Below are positions 1 to 12,613 of a DNA stretch of 64,000 bases, piece by piece; the stretch's first letter is position 1, and each line of letters opens with the position of its first letter. The notes under the pieces were generated by a model. The model saw only the letters and a program-made list of their open reading frames with translations, was not told the origin of the DNA and ran no database searches. Source of the stretch: Phoronis australis (Eukaryota > Animalia > Phoronida); the NCBI GenBank assembly GCA_002633005.1, contig NMRA01000845.1:12449-76448 (forward strand). Direction: 5' to 3'. The position numbers were made by a program, and so were the translations under genes.

Positions 1-1396
1 TGGTTTCAGAAACGTTGCGTTGAAATGTGTCGATTATTGGCCATTTGTGTCGCTTTCTGGCAAAGGTGCTTTGAAAATGTAACCAAGGTAAGCCCGCAGC
101 AGGGTCTATTGGCAGGCTGGGATACAGTCCCTAGTCGTGTCTCGGGTATCTCAGTGTGAAAGCTACCCAGACGGTGGTCCAGGGGATAAAGTCTGGCATC
201 CTGCGGGGTCTGCAGTGCCGCAGAACGGAGGGCAGAGCGCTGCAGGCCGGTCTGTCCCTGCGTATGTGCAAAATTTACTAAGTCCCAAGAAATGTGTCGA
301 TTATTGGCCATTTGTTTTCTTTTCAGAAACGTTGGGTTGAAAAATTTTGCGAGTACAAAGAAATGTGTATATGACTTTCGGCGCCGGAGCACGGAATCAC
401 GGTAGCTGTCGGGTCAGAGCCTGGTCAGTGGAAGACAGGGGGCCCGCTTCCGTACTGGCCAGTGGAAGACAGGGGGCGCACGGGTACGTTCTCATTGGCG
501 GAAATGAGCCGGGACAGATTCGAGGTTTGCGGACTTTTGTTTCTTCGCGCATGATTAGGAAGTTTGCGCGGGTTTTGGTAGCGAAACGAAATGTGTCGAT
601 TTCACCCTAAATAATTGACACATTTTAAAATGCGCGTTTTCACTATTCCTTATATCCTGCCACTGCCTTCTAAATTAACATGATAACCAGTTACTGCTGA
701 ATAACAAGCATCATTTTTGGTAGTCACTAGTTTGTATATATTTTTTTTCTTAAGGCAAATGTCTTTTCTTATACATGTAGTACATTTAAGAAAAGGACCT
801 GTGCATTACAACGAGCGACCTCAGCTTCTAATTGTCCCCAATACACTACATATAATACTACAAGGTATGATACTCGGGACTAGAAATTTCACGGGTGCTT
901 CGATTCAGCCATCCATATCAAACATAACTCAATAAATTTACACAAAACAGGGGTTCAACAAACCATGAGCAATTGTTCATTCTTAACATTCACTGTGTCT
1001 TGCTCTACAGCAAATTCGCTAGAAATTCGCAGTCAAAGCGGAAAATGTTCCAAAAAGCCCAAACACACGTCGCACTTTGACAGTTTCAGATCAAGGACGG
1101 TACGGAAATTGCCGGTTTGTCGCGTTAAGTCACGATGTACACTTGGTCGTCCATCCGTAACTCATTGGTAACTTCGTTTTCATGGACACACCTAAAGTCA
1201 GTGTCAGGACTTCAGAGCGCAGATAAGAAACCTGGTTCCTGATACTGATCTTAGTTAATCGCGAATGGAGCATTTGCAGTGCCTGTGTGTGTAGTTGAGA
1301 AATCAAGTGCAAGAAAGTTTTCTAAATGGCAATTCATATCACCGGATGAACCGTAATCTCCCTCCTGTTGAGGTGTTTTACCCTAATTTTTTCAGA

Positions 1397-1959
1397 TGAT
1401 TACAAGCAAATGGCTGAGAAAGTATTTGGATTTTCAACATTAGAGGAAGGTTGGGCATTGAAATCGGTCACAAAACCCCAAGAATGTCCGAAGGTGTGAT
1501 GGATTTCCTTACAAATATGTTTAACGATGACGAGAAAAGTGGCCAAAAAGCAGACCCAGGGCAGTGTGTTCAGTTCATCAGATCGAAGTTTCCTTCCAAT
1601 GAGTGGCGTACAGCCAAACAGATATCTAGCTTTTTTTCACGACTTGCACTTCAAATAAAACGCAAAGCAGTTTTTGAAGATGAAGACAAAGATGATGTTG
1701 CAAATGGTCGACGTATCTGGGAGGAGAAAATAGGGACGCAGTATTTCGTGAAGTAGGGGCAATGCACACTATTATGCATGGAGGAAAAAACTTGTGTGAG
1801 ATGTTGAGGGACAAAAAGTTGAGCAATCTGAAAGTTGGGAATTTGAAAGAAATTTCTAAGCTGCTGAACCTAGACATTAAGCTATGTAAGCGTAAATCTG
1901 AATTTTTGAATACTGTTACAGGTTACTTAAAGATGTGTGCTTGCCATGCTGGTGTCTAG
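1397..1959 (+). pseudogene. Frameshifted C-terminal remnant of a large DNA-transposon protein (tentatively Sola3-like)
   Basis: Splice-acceptor-like ttttttcag, then EEGWALKS, KADPGQ and EWRTAKQISSFFSRLA, then NLCEML...KRKSEF...CAC. Spread over several frames. Family assignment is from recollection of the motif. Confidence 0.55.
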
Positions 1960-2549
1960 AATAGATTTTTTAAAGGATATATGTGTTCACCCCTTCATCA
2001 GCGGGTGATGACCGAAGTTGGGGTTGTGGGTAGGCATTGTGATGTTTGTAGGAATGGGAAATTGGTGGTCACATATGCCATTGTATTTCCAATCTACTTG
2101 ATTAGGACTCAAACCTATTGAAATATATTCCAGTTGCAATGCTTAAACTCATCACAGCGGCTTACTTCTGTTGTTGAACCCTTGAAAGAGTCGATGTCTT
2201 TCTGAGAGTTTTATGGTTTTCTATAAGTGCTGAAAGGTGTAAACTGCTGGTGATACGAGTGGAGTGATTTTACATGATTTAGGGTGTACCACTCTTGAAC
2301 ACTTCCAGTCGGTGGAACCAATATTGGTGCATTTTCTACCTACTTAACCGTTGCCTTGAAAAGCCTTGTTGCATAATATTAGTCTCGTTTATTCTTTAGT
2401 GTTGGTGGATGACACAAAATAAGGTTATTTTATGGAGTTTTGATTGATTTACATAGATTTCTGTGCGCCTTTCATTTAGACTTCCTGTGTGTTGGAAATG
2501 ATTTGCTTTAGTTTGGTTTTTGGATTTTGATCCAAATTTTGTTTCACAC

Positions 2550-3501
2550 NNNNNNNNNNNNNNNNNNNNNNNNNNNNNNNNNNNNNNNNNNNNNNNNNNN
2601 NNNNNNNNNNNNNNNNNNNNNNNNNNNNNNNNNNNNNNNNNNNNNNNNNNNNNNNNNNNNNNNNNNNNNNNNNNNNNNNNNNNNNNNNNNNNNNNNNNNN
2701 NNNNNNNNNNNNNNNNNNNNNNNNNNNNNNNNNNNNNNNNNNNNNNNNNNNNNNNNNNNNNNNNNNNNNNNNNNNNNNNNNNNNNNNNNNNNNNNNNNNN
2801 NNNNNNNNNNNNNNNNNNNNNNNNNNNNNNNNNNNNNNNNNNNNNNNNNNNNNNNNNNNNNNNNNNNNNNNNNNNNNNNNNNNNNNNNNNNNNNNNNNNN
2901 NNNNNNNNNNNNNNNNNNNNNNNNNNNNNNNNNNNNNNNNNNNNNNNNNNNNNNNNNNNNNNNNNNNNNNNNNNNNNNNNNNNNNNNNNNNNNNNNNNNN
3001 NNNNNNNNNNNNNNNNNNNNNNNNNNNNNNNNNNNNNNNNNNNNNNNNNNNNNNNNNNNNNNNNNNNNNNNNNNNNNNNNNNNNNNNNNNNNNNNNNNNN
3101 NNNNNNNNNNNNNNNNNNNNNNNNNNNNNNNNNNNNNNNNNNNNNNNNNNNNNNNNNNNNNNNNNNNNNNNNNNNNNNNNNNNNNNNNNNNNNNNNNNNN
3201 NNNNNNNNNNNNNNNNNNNNNNNNNNNNNNNNNNNNNNNNNNNNNNNNNNNNNNNNNNNNNNNNNNNNNNNNNNNNNNNNNNNNNNNNNNNNNNNNNNNN
3301 NNNNNNNNNNNNNNNNNNNNNNNNNNNNNNNNNNNNNNNNNNNNNNNNNNNNNNNNNNNNNNNNNNNNNNNNNNNNNNNNNNNNNNNNNNNNNNNNNNNN
3401 NNNNNNNNNNNNNNNNNNNNNNNNNNNNNNNNNNNNNNNNNNNNNNNNNNNNNNNNNNNNNNNNNNNNNNNNNNNNNNNNNNNNNNNNNNNNNNNNNNNN
3501 N
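2550..3501. other. Assembly gap (N run)
   Basis: Run of n. Confidence 0.99.
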
Positions 3502-3974
3502 GGTATACTAGATCCGCCAATGAAAGTAACCTTTAAAAATAATGTGGAGTTCCTGTTGATGGGCAATAGTGAATATAAATTGAGGTGTTCTATAAAATTG
3601 AAACCGAAAGCACATTGTTCTTGGTGGCGTGCAGCTTTGAATTGACATTGACGATTTTTATTGTGGGTACTCCAGTGTTTTACTATTAAACAAGAATTAA
3701 CTCTGGTGCGATTTTTGGGGCGGCTTTTTCAAAACTGTCTGTAGATTTCATAACTTGTGTAACTGAATCTTCTGCACAGAAAGTGAATATTATACATTCG
3801 ACAACTTGCACTGAAGTGTGTAGGTGTAATACAAATTCCTTGATATTTGGATATTTTGTAAAGAAATATTTGTATTTTGCACACGTGGCAACAAATCTAA
3901 TTGGCAAAAATATGCCCCCCTCCCCTTTAGCAATTTTATTCTTTTGCCAATTTTGTACTGAATATTGTCAAAAA

Positions 3975-4867
3975 GTCTACTCCATTATCCAAAAGACGTA
4001 TATCGAAACGTCACCTTCACTGAACCGTTGGCTTTTGGCTAGCTTTCATTAAGCCTACGCTACGTCGACTTATGAGGGAATCACCGTACACGACCCAGTT
4101 CTTGAAATGATAGCCAGTTGAAGAAGTGAATATTAGAAATTGCTTAATACATTATCAAACTACATGTAGCAAGAATTTCAAACACAATCGCAACTTTCGT
4201 CGATTGACTAGGAAATCGAGTCTGGCGGGGCCTGCTAATGATCACTAAACACTGCTTAGTGCTATTGTATTAACAAGAACCGATTCTACGCGAAGTAAAA
4301 ACAACAAATAAACATTGTTCTACTAATTATTAAATAAATGCCATGTATCCGTAAATAAATAAGAGCCAAATTTCGAAGGAAATCGCTGTACAAACGGACG
4401 CTATCGACTTTTCCGGTTTGGGTAAACTGCTCAATTTTACCTCCAATGCTGGAGAGCTTCATAGAATTGCCCAAAATTCTGCGTATTTGGCGGCATTTCA
4501 CACTAACTGTGAAGAAACTCCCACAGATTTGACGATGGAATATTTTTAATTTACCTTATTTTGGTAGAAAAAAATATCTCACTTTAAATAGTTAGGAACT
4601 ACTTTCTAATAAAAGCCTTTTGAAATTCCACACTTACTACCCATTTCCCTATTAGAATACATGGGAATATTGGATGTGCTGTAATCCATACAAAAACATT
4701 TTTTTTATTTTTAAAATAACTTTTTATTTCATTGTTTGGTATCCTTAATAAAACCCTATTGACAAAATCCATGAATTTTAACATGCCTCCGCCGACCTCT
4801 GCAGGTTTTCTCAGATAATGCCTCTTAAGACGGTAAAAAGACTAATTAGATCGAGTGGCATTCTCCT
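3975..4867. mobile_element. Kolobok-type non-autonomous DNA transposon fragment; right end intact
   Basis: Ends aagacggtaaaaagactaattagatcgagtggcattctcct|TTAA, nearly the same as the right end of the 54717-56390 element. Left boundary is approximate. Confidence 0.6.
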
Positions 4868-4964
4868 TTAAGATGACCTGTAATAGGGTCGTCATATCTG
4901 GTTAAAGAATGTGGTGCCGTTTTCTGGACAAACATTTATTATCAATTACGCATTATTTACTCAC

Positions 4965-5210
4965 CGGAACAAAATGGTACAGGACAGTACTGCCTTCTCA
5001 CATTAGGGTCAGTTGTGTAGCACCAGGGCGAGTTTTCCGAGTCTGGGTTCCTGCAGTAGTTTTCAATTGTGTACGACCTCCGCCGATCATGAGCATGTGG
5101 AGTCTGTACATCCCATCTCTGACACGTCTTTCCCGACCGCGTGACTGACATGGTTCCATTGTAATCCTCGCCGGACGCGAGGAACTTACATTCACGGCCG
5201 TCTGCAATAC
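4965..5210 (-). CDS. Single internal exon encoding a complete kringle domain
   Basis: GIADGRECKFLASGEDYNGTMSVTRSGKTCQRWDVQTPHAH...ENYCRNPDSENSPWCYTTDPNVRRQYCPVPFCS has six Cys plus NYCRNPD and PWCYT. Flanked by cag acceptor (5211-5213) and gtgagt donor (4959-4964). 246 bp, phase 1-1. Confidence 0.93.
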
Positions 5211-5559
5211 CTGTTGTCAAAGAAAGTCAATTATAGCATTGTTGACTCCTAATTTAAGTTTGTTTTGCTTTCGACACAGTTCACTCGCTGGATCAGCAAG
5301 TTCTCAATATATGGGTGATGAGCTTAGTTAATCTATTCGGGCAACATCAGAACGAGAGAACATCGGCGAGGATATTATCACGACGGGAATATGGGCTGCC
5401 TGAAAAATGGCGGTTACGCGAAACATGAGGCCGGGAACACTTGGACGCGGGAACATCGTTTGGAATACAGAGGACAGGCGGAACACCGGAACTGACCCGT
5501 AATTCAACATCCCAAACTCACTGACAAATCACATCGGTGGCTGCAGTGTTGATAGGTTA

Positions 5560-7691
5560 CGCTACAACGTTCTCGACCACAATCTTATACTTTTTCGAGA
5601 TCTTGTGTGATTTGCCTTTTTCGCGGCGTATTCTCGTCCTGCTCAACATTAGACATAAGGACAACGAAGAATTGTTTGCAAGAACTTCTGGGCAACATGA
5701 TTTAGAATCTTGCTTCCGTCTACGGGAAGGAGTGGTAATGAATGACACAAATCATAACGTATAGGTTTTATTGGACGTGTTGGAGTGGGACTTCAATCCA
5801 AGGTAAAGGTCATGTGTGTAATATATCGCATGCAATAAAATGTACTTTGCAAGAACTTACACCATCACAGACCTAATGTCGCGGACAATGTAACGACGGT
5901 GCGAGTACGATGTTAGGGAAGAAAACAGGTGTCGCGAAGACTATACAACAAGAACAGACAAAAGCATCCCCTACTCATTGTCAATGCCATTCGCTCAGTT
6001 TAAGAGTCAAAGATGTAACTAAAAAAAACAAACTTTTGTCCAACACAATGGAAACAGTTAAAGAAATTGTGACTTTAATAAAGTATTCTCCGAAACGTGA
6101 ACAAATATTTGGGGAAATTAAAATTATAATTGACGATAACGAGAACAATTTCTCACCAGCCGGACTCTTGAAACTCTGTCCGACGAGATGGAAGTTAAAG
6201 TCCATTGCTACAAGCGTGTGTTGGACAATTACCTGGCTTTGCTTGACACCTGAATTTCGTGCTTATCACAAAATTTAGACTCAGAAATCCGTGCGAGAAT
6301 CACATGTTTTAAAAATCAAATGCAAAGTTTTGACTTCTACTTCGTCCTATCCGTGGGTTACGGATTGTTTTCCCGTTCTGACAATCATGCCAAAACCCTT
6401 CAAAACAAGTCTATATCTGCCTCCCAAGGACAGCGGCTGGCAAAGCTGACTGTTGAAATCTTAAAGTCTATCAGAAAGGAAGAATCTTTCGACTAATTTT
6501 TTAAAACAACGCTCTCCAAGTGCAAAGTCTTTTAACGAAATTGGAGATCCCACGTTACCTCTTAAACGCAGAGTACCGGCGCGTATTGAAACAGTGTCGG
6601 CAGAACCCGAATATTCAGCAAACCCAATCGATCATCATAGACCAATACATCACGAGATACTAGATCATTTAATCGCTGGAATCCAAGTAAGATTTGACCA
6701 AGAAGCGTTCAAAATGTACGTGGTCCTCGAATCGCTAGTCCTTAAGGCTACGTCACGAGAGAAAGACCTTGAGCCTGAGCTAACGCAGGTGACGAAAACG
6801 TATTCACAGGACTTCGTTGGTGAAAATCTGATAACGCAATTGAATACCCTTAAGGTTCTTGCAGGTGAACAAAATTGTCAGTGTTTCGGGGATATTCTTG
6901 AGCTCGTGAATGGTCTTGAAGAGTTCGAAAAGTCGTTGGTCAACAATGTGCTAACGTTTTTCGAACTTGTTTTAGTGAACCTTGCTACCAGTGCGTCTAC
7001 AGCAAGGAGAGTAAAACGTGGTTACGATCAACTATGGGACAGAACAAATTCATGAACTTGAGCATTCTGAACAGTCACAGAGAACGCTTGGATAAAACAA
7101 ACCTCCTAGACATTTGTAACATGTTTGTAGGAGTAAACAAAGCAAAACAACTTTGGAAAATTTTAGCTCTGTCAATCAAGACATACCAACATAACGTTTG
7201 TCTCTTGTTCGGTTACAGAGCTGCGTAACCTGGACAATCAGTTTGTAGCACGTTCAATTGCAAGCGCAAGCGACAGCAGACAAACCAACGTTGAACTTGT
7301 TTGCTCTGTCGATTACTCAGTCATGTCGGATAATATGAACACATGTTAAACATCGTGCGTCTCCTTTTCGCTGCTATCTTAATTAATTTATTGCAGCAAA
7401 TAATAAATACACCAAAAACTGGACGGGGGGATACTCGAACACTTTGGACGAAAGTGCAGCGCTGAAAATTAAGATACCTACTCATTTTTGCATACTTTTG
7501 TTTTAAAAATTCAAAAAGCCCTTTTTCATAGGGTATTTTTTCGAAAATGGGAACCCTTTTGGCGGCACGTCCCGTGTACCCTGTACCTCTTCTATTGGAG
7601 AACCCCCACGGTAACTGGACCATCTCATTGACGGAGGCTTAGAGCATCGGAAATTAGCCCCCCCCCCCATTTGAGTGCTGCGCTGCCCCTG
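5560..7691 (+). mobile_element. Degenerate hAT transposon (ZMYM1-like transposase pseudogene)
   Basis: Frameshifted motifs RGQCNDGASTMLGKKTGV, HCQCHSLSL, IKYSPKR, LCPTRW and a dimerisation-domain-like LRSTMGQNKFMNLSILNSH. GC-rich end gctgcgctgcccctg at about 7691. Confidence 0.88.
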
Positions 7692-7696
7692 TGGGT

Positions 7697-8075
7697 ACTG
7701 AATACGACTGAAAGGTTGATTATCTTATTTTGCGTGCGCCACGTGTCGTCGTTGTATCAGCTTTCCCCTTTGTTCTCTCTTGACTCTCAACAACAGATTT
7801 CGCGTTTACCTAACCCGTGAAAGGTGCCATACTAATAACGAGATACTGTAACCAACTCAACAACAGATTTCCTGTATACCTAACTCGTGAAAAGTATTCA
7901 AGTAATAAGGAGATGTTGTAACCACCTGAGATAGAAGAGAAAACTTTCTATGTTCAACCGGGTATAAATAACAAAGGAAATTCTAATACACTGCAAAAAT
8001 CATCAAGGCGTTGAGACACCATTATTGGCACAAGTGGTAATTTTATTAAATGTCCAGCGTCCTGAATTAAATGCT
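7697..8075. repeat. Copy 1 of a locally duplicated ~380-bp block with an internal ~65-bp tandem duplication
   Basis: Aligns by eye with 12614-13000 (tactgaat..gactgaaaggttgat..gagacacc..acaagtgg). Confidence 0.85.
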
Positions 8076-8779
8076 CTGTGGAAGATGTCAGCAATGTGGA
8101 GACACGGATTCCACTAACGTGGGGATGGTCGTGGTAGTACATGTATAGTTGTGGTTACCCGGTTCTTGGTTGAACGGTAGATAGTTGGCTAACAAGGTAG
8201 CAACAGCAAGTCGATGGAGAGCAGCATAAAAACTAACACAGTCGTTGAGTTTCTACTGAAAGACAAAGTTTATTAACTCAAAATACAGTGATCACACCGT
8301 CGTCCAACACCTGTCTTTTACCATTAAATAGGTGGAGGCAAAGGTACATATTACAGCCATCTATACCAAATATTCAACACCTATTTATTTATTTTATTTT
8401 ATTTATTTTATTTTGTAGATTGACCATCCTCTGAACTTTTCTAAAGATTTTGTGACAACACTACATATGTGGTGAATTTATTGATGATAAACAATTCTGA
8501 TGCTTGAGTAAGTTAATTTATTCACATGTCAGTTACAAGTATTTGAATTTCAATATAATTTTGTAATCTCTTTAGCGCATACCATAATTTACAATGAGCG
8601 TTTACCTGACGTTGAATATATGTATACATTGTACGTGTTGTGATTACATTGATTCGTCAATGTATTCTAAAACAGAGCGGTTGTTAACTGGCACTGATAT
8701 AAAAATGAAAATATATACAGTGGTTTCCGCAAACTGTCGACCAAAGTCCCTGAAGTTGTCTGCTCTCAGTTGTCTATCC

Positions 8780-9015
8780 ACTCCCATTTCTATAGAGAAA
8801 GTCTTGCAAGAGGTGCGATTACAGTGGCACGCCGTACGACTCAACATATCCTCCTTTTACATTCTAGCCACCCAAGTGTGTTCCAGCTTTGTGGCTAGGA
8901 TAGTAGTTGCAAACGTAGAATTCGTTTGTGAAACAGTATTGGTTACAGAATTCATCACTTGCAAGACAACCGCCAGTCCTACAAAGTCATCACTAGCAAT
9001 CTGATCAGTCCTCAT
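8780..9015 (-). pseudogene. Polinton/Maverick cysteine protease (PRO, adenain-like) remnant, copy 1
   Basis: MRTDQI...FYVCNYYPSHKAGTH(W)VA...KGGYVESYGVPL. Its ATG overlaps the capsid stop codon (ATGA at 9012-9015). Confidence 0.75.
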
Positions 9016-9218
9016 GGTGTGAAATCAACCAAGACGTTTCTAGTGCTGTCAATTTTCACAATGTTCTCAAACTCGGCATAGCAAACGACGTTGATTTTAG
9101 GAGGTAGCGCCGATGCAAAAATGGACTTCCAAGCGGAGGTTTCCTGGTTTTATGAGATTGAAGTGACCCCATCCGATAGGTCAGTGATCAGCTCAAAAAC
9201 AAAGACCGTGTTGCCCCC
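9012..9218 (-). pseudogene. C-terminus of Polinton/Maverick (adintovirus-like) major capsid protein
   Basis: GGNTVFVFELITDLSDG/GHFNLIKPGNLRLEVHF/ASALPPKINVVCYAEFENIVKIDSTRNVLVDFTP* (frameshifted). Matches the recalled PY/MCP consensus FDLTPDL...GNLRLE..F...YAEFxNxIEID..RNV. Confidence 0.85.
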
Positions 9219-9220
9219 GG

Positions 9221-9640
9221 CAGATTATCAGAATTCTAGAAAGTAATGACTTTGTTTGACAGGTCTTTGGTAGTTGTCTTGGAAGCGATGAATTGTGTAA
9301 CCATCCAAACGCTTACGTTTGCAACTACGATCCTACCCACAAACCTGGAACATACTGGATGGCTACATGTATTTGCCTGACCGAGAAGGGTAAAGGAGAA
9401 TATTTTGACTCGTACGTCGTGCCACCGCTATCGAACCACTTGCAACACTTCGTCAATATAAATTTCAAAAGATGGAAAACTTAGACCAGACCCTTCATGG
9501 ACGTTTGTCGACAGTTTGTGGACAATATTGTGTATTATATTTGATGGTGACTGGGATGGGACGTGGGCTTTATAGCTTATTTGTTTGATAAAGACACCAA
9601 AACTAACGACAGCTCTGTTTTAGAATTTATTGACGAATTA
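9221..9640 (+). pseudogene. Polinton/Maverick cysteine protease (PRO) remnant, copy 2
   Basis: QIIRILESNDF...SDEL...AYVCNYDPTHKPGTYWMA...GEYFDSY..PP...STVCGQYCVLYL...DTKTNDSSVLEFI. Adenain-type motif order with internal stops. Confidence 0.85.
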
Positions 9641-9643
9641 TGT

Positions 9644-9770
9644 AATCACAACTCGTATACAAATACCCAATCACAGCTCGTATACAAATACCCAATCACA
9701 GCTCGTATACAAATACCCAATCACAGCTCGTATACAAATACCCAATCACAGCTCGTATACAAATACCCAA
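9644..9770 (+). repeat. Tandem repeat, 5 x 25 bp (aatcacagctcgtatacaaataccc)
   Basis: Five near-perfect contiguous units with no spacers. Confidence 0.97.
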
Positions 9771-10344
9771 CGTCTAAGCGCTCATTGTAACTGATGGTAT
9801 TACGCCAAGGACGCGAAAACGAAATTTAAAATCTGAAAAGTGATGTGTTAAGGAAATAGAAACTCACAGATAACTTGCGAACTCTCGTCTCGAATTGATT
9901 GTTTTCTGTAAATTTAGCCAATGTAGTGTTGGTAAAATACTTTTAGACAACTTCAGAGGATGGTAAACCTACAACATCAAGTAAAAATACATAAAGCGGG
10001 TGTTAAAAGGGGTTTTGAGTATTCAATGTTGAGGGTTGATCAAGAACAACGAAGGAGTGGATACCACGCGCGCGCAACGAAATTTAAAAACCTGTAAAGT
10101 GAAGGGTTAAGAAAATGATGTCACCCATAATTTAAAAATTCTAATCTTAGAATAGTTTATATATTAAGAACACTTGGTCAAATCCCTACCAAACATATTA
10201 TAGTTACCCAAGATGTCCGACTTTGACCTAAATATGTCACAGCTGTTTATGTAGCGCCACCTTCTGAGAGGAGCCCTCGTACAAAATAACAATATGGATC
10301 ACTGCAATGCCAGTATGTCGTCTCGTGCTGACAAAAAACATGAG

Positions 10345-10440
10345 ATGCATGATGTGTGCGACTGCCAATTGCAGTTTTAGAAACACAGACAAAGAAACTC
10401 ATTCTTTGTTTCGCTTGCCCGAAGTTAAGAAAGAGCATGT
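10345..10440 (+). pseudogene. THAP zinc-finger N-terminal remnant (transposon derived)
   Basis: MCATANCSFRNTDKETHSLFRLP matches the CxxxxC...FRxP pattern. Confidence 0.5.
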
Positions 10441-11025
10441 CTATAGTCATTACATATTTCATAACATTGTTGGCAATTATGTGCTGTTCCTGAACAGGAG
10501 CCAGTACTGCAGTAGAATACGTAGTATAGTAGTAGGCCTACCTATTAGGTTTTTAATATGTAAAGTTGCACGTAGTTGACCACACTGAGACTCGCGGCCA
10601 GGGCCGTATGAGACTCAATTCAAGTAATGAATTACGTATATCTTCTGTCAGGAATGTAACAAAGTGGAACTGGAGTAGTGCCAGCTGTATTTAGTTTAAC
10701 AAGACTATTCTATGTGTGTACACTGTACAGTTCAGGCTACGGGGTCACCTCCCAGTGCCCTGGTCTGGTCTTATTTACTGTGTGAAAACCGTGGTGAGAT
10801 ACATGTACTGTAGCACTTTCATGGCCAGGTTAAATGGAGGACACTTGCAAGCATGCACACTGTTAGGCTGAATGTCCTTTACAGGGATGATGTGGCCAAT
10901 TTCTAGACAGTCCGTTCCTTGGAACATTATATTCACCAAGGAACCTTATTCTTGGACACAGTCTTCTGTACTCAGACAGCTTGTTTCAGCAATAGCGTGA
11001 TCTTGGCGGTATTAAAGACATCATT

Positions 11026-11718
11026 GTAGCAACAGATGGATCTTTCGATGGTGAAACTAATCGTGCGGCATGGGATTATCAAATACTGTGCTAACAACGT
11101 CATTGCGGAAGGCAATGGTTGCCACCATGTATACACACGCAGTACACGAATGAAGTTTGAGGCTATACAATGTGCCCTAACTAAGCTGTCACTTCTAGAC
11201 CTGGAGAATCACACCATTATCCTTGCCACCGATTTCACGGCAGTGTTGATGGAAGTTCAATCTGGAAATCTTCCAGCCAACTGGGGTGTCTTCCGATCAC
11301 GTCCCCCTCATCATATAGTGATCTGGTCTTTCGTACCTGGCCACGCCGGTGTCTTGATTAATGTGTGTGCAGATTACCTCGCTGGCCCATGCACCTCCAA
11401 CCAACCCCTCTACTTACATGTATATTCGGCTGATGTTAAGCTGCTGGCCCACAAACGCACCCTCGAGCAGACTTCGTCACAACTGGCTGAGTTCAATGAT
11501 GGCAGCCGACTGCTCGAAGCCACTAATATTTATGGACGTGCTGTTAAAAGGCACGAAAAGAGCCGTGCCCGAGTGTCAAATCAGATGCTAACAGGCAACG
11601 TCAGCCCTGGAGATCTGCGCTTTCTGCTGTCACGGGGATGATCTGGGGAGGGGGTTAATGCACCAGCATATCCCCAATGATCCTGTCCGTGACAGGTATT
11701 ACAGGTATTACAGGTATA
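11026..11718 (+). mobile_element. 5'-truncated non-LTR retrotransposon with RNase H domain and (ACAGGTATT)n 3' tail
   Basis: ATDGSF, STRMKFEAI, ILATDFTAVL and WSFVPGHAGVLINVCADYLA are RNase H motifs. Tandem 9-bp tail at 11692-11718. Confidence 0.85.
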
Positions 11719-12613
11719 TTGTTTCCCATATTTGTTCTTGCTACACTTGCGCAACATATCAGAATGTGTGTGTCATTCATAATAACTACTAGTGGAAATT
11801 GGTCATATTTTTGTCTGGTTAAACTCACTTAGAAATATATCTTCTGTGTGGCAATGCATATGACTATTTAGCATCACATTTGCTGTAGTATTGGAGTTGT
11901 TTCGGAATACACCCAAGCATGCCACGTTTAAATTTCAAAACTTGGAAATCAAGGACTAGCGTAAACCTGTTAAACTATATCATTTTTTTAAAACTTTGGG
12001 ATTAGCATTTATCCTGAGATACACGTTGAGGTTAATGTCCAGGGAGTTGTATTGATGTCACTGACGTCACGTGCAGTGGTTGATTAGTCTAAAATAGACT
12101 AAATACATGCAATATAATGGGGAAAATTTTACTTGGTATCACTTTCGTTGTACCGCATGGGGGAGTACGTTTCCTCGAACCACATAATTATATTATTCTG
12201 GACAACTAATGGCATGTTGGCAAAATCAAAGTTGTTATCAGTTATATAGTAATTATTTCAGAACATTAATACTTTAGAAGTGCTAGGTTTCATGGCTGAG
12301 ATATCTTCATTATTTTACGTATTGACAAGTGTTGTATTATGTACATAATATTAAACATGGAATTTTGTTTTCCTACAATTTATAAAAGGTGTTGTAAAAA
12401 TTACAATGATTGCACTGTGTTTTGAATTGAGCTGGAAAGAATTTAAAACGAGCTCAAAACGGAAGCTGAAGTTACGTGACTGCCGACATCATCAGGTAGC
12501 TTAAGGCGGGGCACTTTCCACCACACTCATGTTCTAGCTGACACTAAAAAGACGTTGAATACGTTGTGTAAAGTTCAACTGATCTTTAGTGTAGGGGCTT
12601 CCGTTATGTTACA

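Noticed and set aside
1985-2549. Penelope-like retroelement remnant
   Set aside because: Only a vague ctgatgaagg motif; no RT or GIY-YIG motif could be read.
2396-3645. Long ORFs of 338-374 aa (and those at 18812-19609)
   Set aside because: They consist of X residues from N gaps.
9644-9770. CRISPR-like array
   Set aside because: Contiguous units without spacers, no cas genes, eukaryotic context.
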